The notes beneath the pieces were generated by a model. That model made no database searches. It was not told the DNA's origin and was given only the letters and a program-made list of their open reading frames with translations. Shown piece after piece: positions 1-8,960 of a stretch of 64,000 bases of DNA; position 1 is the first letter of the stretch; each line of letters opens with the position of its first letter. Source of the stretch: Escherichia coli. Lineage in GTDB: Bacteria > Pseudomonadota > Gammaproteobacteria > Enterobacterales > Enterobacteriaceae. Both the position numbers and the translations under genes were made by a program. The stretch lies in assembly GCF_030013595.1 (NCBI RefSeq), contig NZ_CP122769.1. One strand, 5' to 3'.

Positions 1-1107
1 CAGGCCATCTACTCCTTCAGATCCTCAGGAGGAGTCAAAATATTTCAACAGTTTGAAAAACACTTCAGACCTAACATATTTTACTTAAACACATGCTTTA
101 GGTGTGAACCTGAAATTTTAGAGGTGGCCGGAGCACTGATAGGAAAGAATGTTTACCGTTATGCCAAAGAGTTACGCTCGGCAAAAAAGGGAGGAGGAAA
201 GGTCACTTTTCGTTCATATGTAGATATGGAGGAACAGATACAGGGTATTTTAAGCCTTATAAATCAGGATCCACATGGATGGGCAATTCTAAGCCGCAAT
301 AATGCTCACTTGGATGAGCTAGAAAGTTTGATCGAACAGCCAGTAATTCGTTACGGAGGTAAATCATTCTGGGATGAAAAAGAAACAAGCGATGTGTTAA
401 GCCTTATGGCCTTTTTCCGACAATCAAATGATCCTCGCTTAATGAAGAGAGTATTGGCATTGTTTGGAGAACAGGAATCAGTTTTGGATGATGTGGCATT
501 GAGTATGAGAGGAAGAAAAGTTACTTTTGGCGACCTTGCCATCCCGGAGGACAGTTCTCTCGAAACAAAAACATTACATTCAAACTTCGTGCGCTTTACC
601 CAGGAAAGTACTGATAAAGTTGAGATAGCAAAACGTTTCGCCAACCTTACGAAATGGATGGAATCGTCGTCAATCAAGATGAGGAGTAATAAAGGTACAG
701 CAACCTTAACAAAAATTGCTTTAGACACTTGTAAACAGTGGGCAGAAAAGACTGGTTGGATGAATATGATCAATCGTGCTGCTGCAATGTCATTAGGCCC
801 TAGGAAGAAGGACGAGGAATACAGCCCAGAGAAAGTAGTCCTATCAACCTTGCATGGTTCAAAGGGTCTTGAGTGGAATAAAGTAATAATAATGAGTTGT
901 AATGCGGATCAGATACCAAGTAAAAGATCAGTTGGGGAGGAGGCAATAGAAGAAGAAAGACGTTTGCTTTATGTTGGATTTACGCGTGCAGAAAAGCAAC
1001 TTTTTGTAATGTGGTATGGTGACCCTTCTTTCTTTTTAAGAGAATGCAGTGAAGAAAAGATAAAAGAAGCAGCTAATATTCGAATTTCTCCAGTTTATAC
1101 AGAATAA
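1..1107 (+). CDS. UvrD/Rep-family SF1 DNA helicase, C-terminal part (5' end lies outside the window)
   Basis: Reading frame is open from nt 1 with no stop. Helicase motifs in translation: IYSFR (motif III-like), LNTCFRCEPEIL (motif IV-like), VLSTLHGSKGLEW (motif V), LLYVGFTRAEKQL (motif VI). Confidence 0.8.
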   Translation, partial: QAIYSFRSSGGVKIFQQFEKHFRPNIFYLNTCFRCEPEILEVAGALIGKNVYRYAKELRSAKKGGGKVTFRSYVDMEEQIQGILSLINQDPHGWAILSRNNAHLDELESLIEQPVIRYGGKSFWDEKETSDVLSLMAFFRQSNDPRLMKRVLALFGEQESVLDDVALSMRGRKVTFGDLAIPEDSSLETKTLHSNFVRFTQESTDKVEIAKRFANLTKWMESSSIKMRSNKGTATLTKIALDTCKQWAEKTGWMNMINRAAAMSLGPRKKDEEYSPEKVVLSTLHGSKGLEWNKVIIMSCNADQIPSKRSVGEEAIEEERRLLYVGFTRAEKQLFVMWYGDPSFFLRECSEEKIKEAANIRISPVYTE

Positions 1108-1501
1108 TTCGATATGGGCATTTACTTATGCTTAAAGCTATAGTATAAAAACAATGAGCTTAAATATCAGCTCCCAAATTTGAGTAACTTTGCTTAAAGT
1201 TACTTTCGCGTTAAGCGTTGATTTAGCCGTGAAAAGCGGCCAGCTTAAACAAGCTGTAAGACACCACCGGCAAAATGTCACCTTTGTCGCTGGTGCACTT
1301 CCCATGCCTGAAAAAGGCAATCTGAATTTACCAAACCGTAACTAATTTAGCTCCTCCTGGAGCTATTTTTGTTGCGTACTTCTAATGCCAGATAGTATAA
1401 ATCAGGCGGTTCATAGCTTACGGGAGATGAATGACAGGCTTTGCCTTCGTGTTGAAACAAAAAATTGTTTCTTCCTTCTTACTATATATAGGTGACCCCA
1501 A

Positions 1502-2374
1502 ATGTCTAAAAATAAAGCTCGCAGTAAAGCCCTTCATCAAACCTTTAGTGAAATTATTCCAGAGATGGATAAGGCGCTAAACAAACAGCTCTTAGAAGTT
1601 CTGATGAAATATACAGAACGTGATAATGAACTGATTGTTATTTTGAATGAGGACGGCCCAAATATCATTGAACTTAAGTCTCTTAAGCCTGTGTCTTTGT
1701 TGGCCGAAAAGCTTTCTGCTTATTCAAGCTATTATCATGTGGATGTTGTGGAGCTCGTGGTCAAGAAAATTGATTTCGAAGGAGCTTATAAGCTTCTTAA
1801 AGCTTCCCCAGATGTACCACTTTTTAAAAGCTTAACTGAACTGGATAAATATCTTGTTGAGGAGTTTGAAAAATACGGATTAAATTCATTTCTTGACGTG
1901 GATAATCTGGATTACTCACTTGAAAAAGCCAGTGAACTCAAAAATGAGCAGTTAATAAATTGGGTTTCGGACATCATTTGCAAACGTGAAAAATTAACTT
2001 TACGTAAGCGTTTTGATGTCGCAGTAAAGGCCCACTACGAAAATGTAGAAAAAATGTATGATACCATTCGTCCGTTAATGAAAAAACTGGGTTTCCCAGA
2101 AGATCTCATGACGCACACCTTTAGTGAGTTAAGCGTTTTTGAAACTAAAGGATGGGACCATGCAATAAAATCGAAAATTGAGACTCTCGCTAAGCGTGAA
2201 ACTCAATATTTAGATGATGCGGCTAAAGCAGAGAATCGACGTCTTGTAACAGAGAAGTTGGAGAACTCTTTAGCGATTGCACCAACTAAACCAACAAGAA
2301 ATTGGTTACATATTGCCGGAATTGCCTGTTTGGTAGTCTGCACGTTCATGTATGTAACTAATAAATTTATTTAA
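1502..2374 (+). CDS. hypothetical protein with C-terminal transmembrane anchor
   Basis: 290-aa ORF, ATG preceded by purine-rich stretch; hydrophobic C-terminus (WLHIAGIACLVVCTFMYV). No recognisable family. Confidence 0.5.
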   Translation: MSKNKARSKALHQTFSEIIPEMDKALNKQLLEVLMKYTERDNELIVILNEDGPNIIELKSLKPVSLLAEKLSAYSSYYHVDVVELVVKKIDFEGAYKLLKASPDVPLFKSLTELDKYLVEEFEKYGLNSFLDVDNLDYSLEKASELKNEQLINWVSDIICKREKLTLRKRFDVAVKAHYENVEKMYDTIRPLMKKLGFPEDLMTHTFSELSVFETKGWDHAIKSKIETLAKRETQYLDDAAKAENRRLVTEKLENSLAIAPTKPTRNWLHIAGIACLVVCTFMYVTNKFI

Positions 2375-2431
2375 TCCTGTTAAGGGGGAACCCTAACGGG
2401 GCTTCTCTTTGAACAAATCGAGGAGCGGAAA

Positions 2432-2809
2432 ATGTCATATCTTGAATATATCAATGAAGTAAAAGTGTCCGGGATAGTTATCAGTGCTGTGGAGAAAAAA
2501 ATGACTGACCAGAGTATAGGTTTGTTAATAAAGCTCAAAAATAGGATGAAGACAGAAGTTGATGGTGAAATCACTGAGAGAGAATTTTCAGTTCAAATCA
2601 AGGTGTCGCCTGAAATGTATTCAACCTGTTTCACTGGTATAAATCAGGGTGATGAGTTGATGGTCTCCGGTTATATTGTTGTCGATACTATTATGATTGA
2701 AGGGAGAGAACATCCTCTTGACTACATGAGAGTGGTAGCAACAAGTAAGTTGGCTCACATACCTAAACCTCTAAAAGGTTTTGGACAAAGTAGCTTTAAT
2801 CAGATCTGA
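2432..2809 (+). CDS. hypothetical protein, possible OB-fold ssDNA-binding-like
   Basis: 125-aa ORF with RBS GAGGAGCGG upstream. Alternating beta-strand pattern (NEVKVSGIVIS ... EFSVQIKV ... ELMVSGYIVV) loosely resembles SSB OB-fold; assignment is weak. Confidence 0.4.
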   Translation: MSYLEYINEVKVSGIVISAVEKKMTDQSIGLLIKLKNRMKTEVDGEITEREFSVQIKVSPEMYSTCFTGINQGDELMVSGYIVVDTIMIEGREHPLDYMRVVATSKLAHIPKPLKGFGQSSFNQI

Positions 2810-2829
2810 CATTAAACCCACCCTAAAGG

Positions 2830-2860
2830 GGAGAAATCCCTTCATGGGATTTCTCCTTTT
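2830..2860 (+). terminator. intergenic stem-loop (11-bp perfect stem GGAGAAATCCC/GGGATTTCTCC, loop TTCAT) followed by TTTT
   Basis: Perfect inverted repeat read directly from sequence, T-run downstream, sits between stop of upstream ORF and RBS of next ORF. Confidence 0.5.
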
Positions 2861-2869
2861 GGAGTCCCC

Positions 2870-3847
2870 ATGAAACAAAAATTTAGGGCTACTGCAATAA
2901 GTAGTAATCAACTTAGTTTTTTTTCTATACTCGATATAGATGAAGATGAAATAACGCAAATAGTTGATTCACCCAAAGAGCATTTAAATGATGCTTACAC
3001 GTCCGGATTAAACTTTAAATCAGAAGAAAGTAACATTTCTGAGATAAATTATGATTCTGAAAGGCGTGAAAATCACCTTTATGAAAAATCCAAATTACTT
3101 AAAAATCAGATTTTGCATACAATTAATTTTGCAGCAGAAACAGATTATCTATATACGGTTGAAGAATATAACCCAGATTTGGGTGGTCTGGTAATAGAAT
3201 GGACCCCTGAGGATGTGTATGTTGTTTTTCTATCCGCTATGGAAGAGTCTTTGGAAATCATTAAAGAACTAGTGTTGAGGAGAAAGTTATTCTTCAAAGA
3301 TGACAATGGTAATATCACAGTGAATCCACTTTTAGAAGCTGAAACACGGTGGTATATGTCAAAATCATTTGAATACACTTGTTTATCTCATGGACTTGAT
3401 GCATGTGAATTTAGAGCGGAATTAAAATCATGGCTCTATTATCATTCGCATCGTTCGATTAGTGAAAACACGAAATTAGCTGAATGCAGGAATGATGATG
3501 AAATCATTTTGCATGATTGCAATGACGATATGGGCTGGGACATCTTCTTTGATCAGGATTATTTAATGTCAGAAAAAAAACTGGCTGTTAAATGGACTGA
3601 CAGGGAAATTATGGATGTTTACATAAAAGCTTTTAAATCCACATTAGAGTTGTTTGACGAGCTTGTTTCATGTGATCTGTTAACTAAACGAAACGCTTTT
3701 GGCAAGTTAGAAATCAATCCAATATTCGAAAATCATTTTGAATGGATCATGTCTGAAGCTTTTGAAATAGTGGGAAATCATCTTGGTTATAATGTGCCTC
3801 AAATCAGGAAACTGATGGCAACTATTTGCCAAATGAATCTCAAATAA
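2870..3847 (+). CDS. hypothetical protein
   Basis: 325-aa ORF, co-directional with neighbours, preceded by stem-loop and GGAG-like RBS. No recognisable motifs. Confidence 0.5.
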   Translation: MKQKFRATAISSNQLSFFSILDIDEDEITQIVDSPKEHLNDAYTSGLNFKSEESNISEINYDSERRENHLYEKSKLLKNQILHTINFAAETDYLYTVEEYNPDLGGLVIEWTPEDVYVVFLSAMEESLEIIKELVLRRKLFFKDDNGNITVNPLLEAETRWYMSKSFEYTCLSHGLDACEFRAELKSWLYYHSHRSISENTKLAECRNDDEIILHDCNDDMGWDIFFDQDYLMSEKKLAVKWTDREIMDVYIKAFKSTLELFDELVSCDLLTKRNAFGKLEINPIFENHFEWIMSEAFEIVGNHLGYNVPQIRKLMATICQMNLK

Positions 3848-3904
3848 AATGCCACTGGCAAACATCTGCCAGAGGGCGGTGTTTGCATTTTACCGGAGTT
3901 AAAA

Positions 3905-4963
3905 ATGTCTAATGCCGCTATGAAGTTAAATGAAACATCTTCTGATGCTTATGAAAAATTAGAAGCTCTTCTTTCCCCGGATGTTATAAAGTTAAAACAT
4001 TATGTGGATAAAGGTGAGTATCTTTTAGTTCTAGCAAAGGACCTTTTTGGTATTCCAGAAATGGATCCAAAGATGGCTGTGCCTGTTTTCAAAACTAAAA
4101 CCTCGTATCGAGCTCCGCTGAACAAAGACTACATACCAAATCCCCGAATACTTGAACAAGTGGTTAAACTGCTTATCAGTCCGGATATAGATTTAAGTGT
4201 GTGTCTTAAAGGTGAGTCCGGTTCTGGCAAGACTGAAATGGTAATGTACATTAGCCACATGATGAATTGGCCGCTGACAATTAAGCAGATCAACAGCAAT
4301 ATTCGAGTTGATGAGCTTGAAGGTGAGCGCAGTCTTAATGGTGGTAATACAGGTTTTGTACACAGCGATTTGGTAACGGGATTTCGTAATGGTCACCTCA
4401 TTCTTCTGGATGAAGTGGACAAAATCGATCCTGATACGGCAGCAAAACTTCACATGCCCATTGAACGTAAGCCCTGGTCACTCAGTGCTAATGGTGGTGA
4501 GGTTATAACTGCTAATGGCTACACGCGATTTATTGGTACTGCAAACACAAACATGAGTGGAGGCGCTCGCCGGTTCGTTTCTTCTCAACGTCAAGATGCA
4601 GCTTTTATAAAGCGGTTCTTGATAGTTGAAATGGAGAAGCCCGACAAAGTTGCTTTAACCAATGTGCTTACTAAACGATATAGCTCTTTGCCTTTTCAGG
4701 TCATTGAGAAGTTCGTAAGAGTAGCGATTGCAGTAAATGACTCTGGTACAGAAGACAGTGTGATGGATATTCGTCAATTAGTAGCTTGGGTTGGCACGTC
4801 GATGACGTTAAAAACCTTTAGTCTTCTTGACACTTTCAAAATAGCTTTTGCTTCTGCTTTACCTTTACATGTGGTCGATCTTGTTCTTCAAGCTATAGAT
4901 CTTTCTCTTGGCGAAGACAAGGATAAATCGCTGGAGTATTTCACAGCAAAAAAGTCGAGTTAG
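3905..4963 (+). CDS. AAA+ ATPase, MoxR/CobS-like
   Basis: Walker A GESGSGKT, Walker B HLILLDEVDK, downstream sensor-like FIGTANT; size and motif spacing typical of MoxR/CbbQ/CobS-type AAA+ proteins. Confidence 0.8.
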   Translation: MSNAAMKLNETSSDAYEKLEALLSPDVIKLKHYVDKGEYLLVLAKDLFGIPEMDPKMAVPVFKTKTSYRAPLNKDYIPNPRILEQVVKLLISPDIDLSVCLKGESGSGKTEMVMYISHMMNWPLTIKQINSNIRVDELEGERSLNGGNTGFVHSDLVTGFRNGHLILLDEVDKIDPDTAAKLHMPIERKPWSLSANGGEVITANGYTRFIGTANTNMSGGARRFVSSQRQDAAFIKRFLIVEMEKPDKVALTNVLTKRYSSLPFQVIEKFVRVAIAVNDSGTEDSVMDIRQLVAWVGTSMTLKTFSLLDTFKIAFASALPLHVVDLVLQAIDLSLGEDKDKSLEYFTAKKSS

Positions 4964-5094
4964 ATGGGATTTGTTATGAAACCTCTGATATTTGTATCTC
5001 AGAGTTATCCCATCTTGAATTTAGTGCGTTTTTAAGTACGGATGGTGCTGCTACCATTGCTATAGCAAAAAACGGAACTAATTTTACTGGACTT

Positions 5095-5268
5095 ATGCAA
5101 CTGAATAACGACTATTCTTTATTGTTTTATCATGATGGTAAAATAAATATGGAAGGTCTGATTAAACAAATGGAATTAAAAGGTTATATGTATCAGGGAG
5201 CAATGGGCAATGATGATGTTGTTGCTGAGTTTCCCGGTATTCTTTTAATTTCACCAGAGAAGCTTTAA
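5095..5268 (+). CDS. possible small ORF (57 aa) in otherwise unexplained 355-bp gap
   Basis: ATG..TAA ORF (MQLNNDYSLLFYHDGKIN...) ending immediately before a stem-loop cassette like those that follow other genes in the array. No RBS checked; speculative. Confidence 0.2.
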   Translation: MQLNNDYSLLFYHDGKINMEGLIKQMELKGYMYQGAMGNDDVVAEFPGILLISPEKL

Positions 5269-5280
5269 TATCAACCCTAT

Positions 5281-5320
5281 CGGGAAATCTTTCCCGTTGG
5301 GGAGGGTTTCCCCTTTTTTT
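5281..5320 (+). terminator. double stem-loop cassette (CGGGAAA-TCT-TTCCCG and GGGGAGGGTTTCCCC) followed by T7
   Basis: Two adjacent palindromes and a T-run read from sequence, immediately upstream of RBS GGAGAAACCC and ATG at 5319. Confidence 0.5.
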
Positions 5321-6458
5321 GGAGAAACCCATGACTTTAAATACTTCAATGCTTAACAAAGTATCTGCAAAACAAATCTCTGAGAATTTTGCAAAATCAT
5401 ATCCAGATTTACTGGAAGGTGCAGTTATAACAAAAATTGAAATAAGTGGCTGTCAAGGATCGCGTCGAACCGATAAAATCGATTTGTCTTATGATGGAGA
5501 TGATATTACGGATCAAAAAAGCGTATCTAAAAGCGAAGTACGCTGGATTGACATAAAAGCCCTTAGCTTCAAAAGTACGATTACCAGCAGAATATCAACT
5601 CTTTGCTCACGCTTGTGCATCCGCTATAGCAATATGTGGATTTTACCAGTATCCAGTATGGAAGAGTTTCTGGAAGGGGCCCAAGAGATTGAACGAGAGT
5701 TTCAGGCAGGTATTCAAAACGTTGTAGACAATTATGAGATGCATATTGAGGCTGAAAAAAATAGAAGCCCAAGAATGTCTTCTTTGATTGATCAGTTGAA
5801 ATTAACTAAAGATGATTTCATAAAATCCTTTAGATTTAATATTGCTCACTTTATTCCTTTTACGCCTATTAGCGTTGAAGGTGATGAAACCCAGGACTAC
5901 TATCAGGAACAATTGATAACAGATCTGGCAGAAGAAGCAATGAAGGTTTATGAAAAAATTAGCAAAAATAACAATTTGCGCTCAAGTACTATTGACCGAC
6001 TGAAGCAAATGCAAAATAAGATCATTAGCTTCATGTTTATACATAAAGAGGCGGCAGTACTTGCAGAAGCTATAAAACACATAATGAATAATTTACCTAA
6101 AGGTGCCATTTCTGAACCTCGCGACGTTGCGGTGTTACAGCAGTGGTTTTATTTCATGAGTGATGCTTCAATGTTAAAGCGTATTATTTCAGGAGAGCAA
6201 AAGGTTACTGACTGGTTGGAATCTATTACCAGATCATTTAATCAAAGCTCACAAACAGAACCGAACGCGCTACAGAACACAGGTATTGAAGCTATTTTAG
6301 ATTCAACAAATGTGTTCCAGGTTGAACCTGTCGTAGAGAACGATATAAATAACAGCACGTTTTCAAACACTGATCCTGTAGCTGAACCTGAGAAATCAGT
6401 TTCGCAACAGGAAGACAATGTTGAAAATTGTTTTGATATCGAGCTCAAAGGCTGGTAA
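5319..6458 (+). CDS. hypothetical protein
   Basis: 379-aa ORF between the AAA+ ATPase and vWA genes; no recognisable motifs. Position suggests it belongs to the same module. Confidence 0.5.
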   Translation: MEKPMTLNTSMLNKVSAKQISENFAKSYPDLLEGAVITKIEISGCQGSRRTDKIDLSYDGDDITDQKSVSKSEVRWIDIKALSFKSTITSRISTLCSRLCIRYSNMWILPVSSMEEFLEGAQEIEREFQAGIQNVVDNYEMHIEAEKNRSPRMSSLIDQLKLTKDDFIKSFRFNIAHFIPFTPISVEGDETQDYYQEQLITDLAEEAMKVYEKISKNNNLRSSTIDRLKQMQNKIISFMFIHKEAAVLAEAIKHIMNNLPKGAISEPRDVAVLQQWFYFMSDASMLKRIISGEQKVTDWLESITRSFNQSSQTEPNALQNTGIEAILDSTNVFQVEPVVENDINNSTFSNTDPVAEPEKSVSQQEDNVENCFDIELKGW

Positions 6459-6477
6459 CTGTTTGCTTTATTAAAAA

Positions 6478-6520
6478 CCCCAGATGGGTACTTCACCATC
6501 TGGGTGAGTACCCCTTTTTT
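6478..6520 (+). terminator. intergenic stem-loop with two mutually exclusive pairings followed by T6
   Basis: CCAGATGG/CCATCTGG and GGGTACTTCACC/GGTGAGTACCC alternative stems, then CTTTTTT; lies between stop at 6458 and ATG at 6536. Confidence 0.5.
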
Positions 6521-6535
6521 ATAAAGAGGTATTCT

Positions 6536-8554
6536 ATGAAATTAGATCTTAAATCATCACCGCGCCATATTAAGCGTTTACAGAATATAGCAAAAGTCAT
6601 TAGCGGCTTAGGCGATGTAAGAGTTGTAATAGACGACAATACCAAAGGACCGTATTTTGATCCTGTAAATAAAGTTTGTGTTTTACCAAACGGCGATTAT
6701 AGCGATGATGACTTTGTCAGTCTGATTGAAGGTTTTACCTGTCATGAAGCTGGTCATGGTCGCTATACCGACAGCGAGGTTTACAGTGACGCCTTTAATA
6801 GTGTTCTCAAGTCATCTGAAGGGTTTACACGCTTCGATGACGGAATGAATGCAGAGTTTGAGAGCCTCGCTGAGAAACGTAAAGCTTATAGCAGGGCAAA
6901 ACGTCTTACCGGGCTTATAAATCTGTTCGATGATGTACAGATGGAAGAGAAGGTTGGTAACGATTATCCGGATGCAAAGCGGCGGCTTGCAGCCACTTAC
7001 GCACTGATGGTTAAAGCCGGAAGGATGACTCCTGATATATCTTCTCGTCCGGAAAATCCTGTCCTATTTATTGAGTGGTATCTGCTTAACTCATTGCGAG
7101 TAAAAGTCCTTCAGCAGGCAGGTCACAAAGAAACACTCGATCCGTTTTTTGACTATGCCCAAAAGATACTTTCTCCAGTAATTTCTGATGTTGAGGAAAT
7201 TTTTCATGATGCTCTTGGTTGTGAAAATACTCAGGGCTGTGAATCCCTTGCTCGTAAGACCCTGGCTCTTTTAGAGAGACTGCGGGATGAGGCAAGGGAA
7301 CAACAGCAGCAGACAGAGCAGGAGGAGCAGGAGGCATATGATGAATCCGAGACCGAGACCGATACCGATACCGATACCGAATCAGAAGATAAATCGCTTG
7401 AGTCGACTGATAGTCGTGAGGATGATTCTGAGGACGATAGTGAAGGTCAGGCAGATACTTCCGATAACTCTGATCTTGCTCAAGAGGGATGTTCTGAGCC
7501 TTCAGAACTTGCTGAAGATAACGAGGGAAATAATGAACCCACCGGTGGCAATCCCACAGGTGATAACATTATTGAAGACGATACTGATGCGATTAACCCT
7601 TCCGAGAGTGAATCAGATGAAGCCAGTTCGACTAACGTTGAAGATGAAAGTAACTTTTCATCGGCTCAATGGGAGATACTGGCAGATTTGTTGGATGCCT
7701 TTCTTGGCAGTGATGAGGATAGCGAAGATTATCACGATGCTTTGGCTAAAGAGATTGAAGGTATTGCATCAAAAGTATCCGATGACGTGAAAGCCGAATT
7801 CGGTGCTTCTGAATGGGATATCCCTGATCTCCTTATCGATTTGAATGTTTACAATGAGGCTTTGTCTCTGAGTCATTCAATCGGTAGCGACTTGTCTGTT
7901 TTACAGCAGGTTAAAATGCGTGGCCGAAACAAAACTCATGAGCGTGGAATTACCTTCGATGGAAATCGATTAATTCTGTCACCAATGGGAGTTCGTGATG
8001 TCTTCAGAGCTCAAAGCGAATCTAAAAATAGAGGGCATGTTGGCCTCGTATTAGTTCGTGATATTTCAGCGTCAATGGCTAATGATGAAAGATATATTCA
8101 TGCCATTAAGTCAGATCTTGCTTTATCGATGGCCGCTGAAAGTTTGTCAAAAATGCATGTCTCCAATATAGTCTTTCCCTTCAAGGAAAGTGAATTTGAG
8201 ATTATCAAAACGTTTGATCAAAGCGTTGAGGAATCTCTATCGAAATTCACTCTTGGATGTAAGGGTTATTATACCCCTACGGGATCGGCTTTAATGGCAG
8301 CTGTTGATCTGTTACTTGACAGCCAATTCGATAGGAAAATAATTTTTCTTATAACTGATGGTTATCCGAATAAATCGGAATTTACTATCGGCGAAGTTAT
8401 GGAAAAGGCTAAATGTAATGGAATAGAAATCGTTGGTGTTGGTATTAAGACTGATGAAATAATTGGTTTTGAAACGGACACTTTCGTAACAGTTGATGAT
8501 ACTTCTTTATTGTCTATTGAAGTCAGTAAGCTAGTTCATCAAATACTTTCTTAA
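6536..8554 (+). CDS. von Willebrand factor A (vWA) domain protein, CobT-like, with N-terminal HExxH motif and central acidic low-complexity region
   Basis: C-terminal MIDAS-like motifs LVLVRDISASM and FLITDGYPN; N-terminal CHEAGHGRY (HExxH); central D/E/S/T-rich stretch including ETETDTDTDTESED encoded by hexanucleotide repeats. Confidence 0.75.
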   Translation: MKLDLKSSPRHIKRLQNIAKVISGLGDVRVVIDDNTKGPYFDPVNKVCVLPNGDYSDDDFVSLIEGFTCHEAGHGRYTDSEVYSDAFNSVLKSSEGFTRFDDGMNAEFESLAEKRKAYSRAKRLTGLINLFDDVQMEEKVGNDYPDAKRRLAATYALMVKAGRMTPDISSRPENPVLFIEWYLLNSLRVKVLQQAGHKETLDPFFDYAQKILSPVISDVEEIFHDALGCENTQGCESLARKTLALLERLRDEAREQQQQTEQEEQEAYDESETETDTDTDTESEDKSLESTDSREDDSEDDSEGQADTSDNSDLAQEGCSEPSELAEDNEGNNEPTGGNPTGDNIIEDDTDAINPSESESDEASSTNVEDESNFSSAQWEILADLLDAFLGSDEDSEDYHDALAKEIEGIASKVSDDVKAEFGASEWDIPDLLIDLNVYNEALSLSHSIGSDLSVLQQVKMRGRNKTHERGITFDGNRLILSPMGVRDVFRAQSESKNRGHVGLVLVRDISASMANDERYIHAIKSDLALSMAAESLSKMHVSNIVFPFKESEFEIIKTFDQSVEESLSKFTLGCKGYYTPTGSALMAAVDLLLDSQFDRKIIFLITDGYPNKSEFTIGEVMEKAKCNGIEIVGVGIKTDEIIGFETDTFVTVDDTSLLSIEVSKLVHQILS

Positions 8555-8625
8555 TAAACTCTACCCAATCGGGGCAAAAGGCCCCGGTGGGTCTTTTTGC
8601 TCCATGAAGGAATAAGGAGCAAAAT

Positions 8626-8847
8626 ATGACTCAGATAAAAACTTACCGTGTAGAACATGAAAAAGTCGGTGCGATGCATAAAGTCCGTATTTTCGGACGT
8701 GTTGGTGAAGTTATAAGCAATGATAGCCCTCAGGAAAGAATCTTCCGCGAAGTCACTATAGCGGAGGGTAATAGCCAGCAGGCTGCGTTACTTGTAGATA
8801 ACTACATACAGCGTCTTGAGAATAATGGCTTCACGACTGAAGCATAA
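8626..8847 (+). CDS. hypothetical small protein (73 aa)
   Basis: ORF with strong RBS AAGGAG upstream; no recognisable motifs. Confidence 0.4.
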   Translation: MTQIKTYRVEHEKVGAMHKVRIFGRVGEVISNDSPQERIFREVTIAEGNSQQAALLVDNYIQRLENNGFTTEA

Positions 8848-8852
8848 ATGTT

Positions 8853-8876
8853 GAGGGCCCCCGGGCCCTCTTTCTT
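8853..8876 (+). terminator. palindrome GAGGGCCCCCGGGCCCTC followed by TTTCTT
   Basis: Perfect GC-rich palindrome directly after the stop at 8847, followed by a T-rich run. Confidence 0.45.
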
Positions 8877-8960
8877 AAATTCTGCGTTGTGGGTTTCTCC
8901 CTGTCTTCTGCACCGCAGAAGGCATTGAGAAACTCACAATGCCAGATAAGAGAGATCATC

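Noticed and set aside
7287-7790. 167-aa plus-strand ORF inside the vWA gene
   Set aside because: Alternative frame through the low-complexity repeat region of a much longer, motif-supported CDS; no RBS; proline/arginine-rich artefactual translation.
3905-8554. Cobalamin biosynthesis cobaltochelatase (cobS/cobT)
   Set aside because: No cobN or other cob genes are present, and the context is mobile-element-like. The pair is better described generically as MoxR-type ATPase plus vWA protein.
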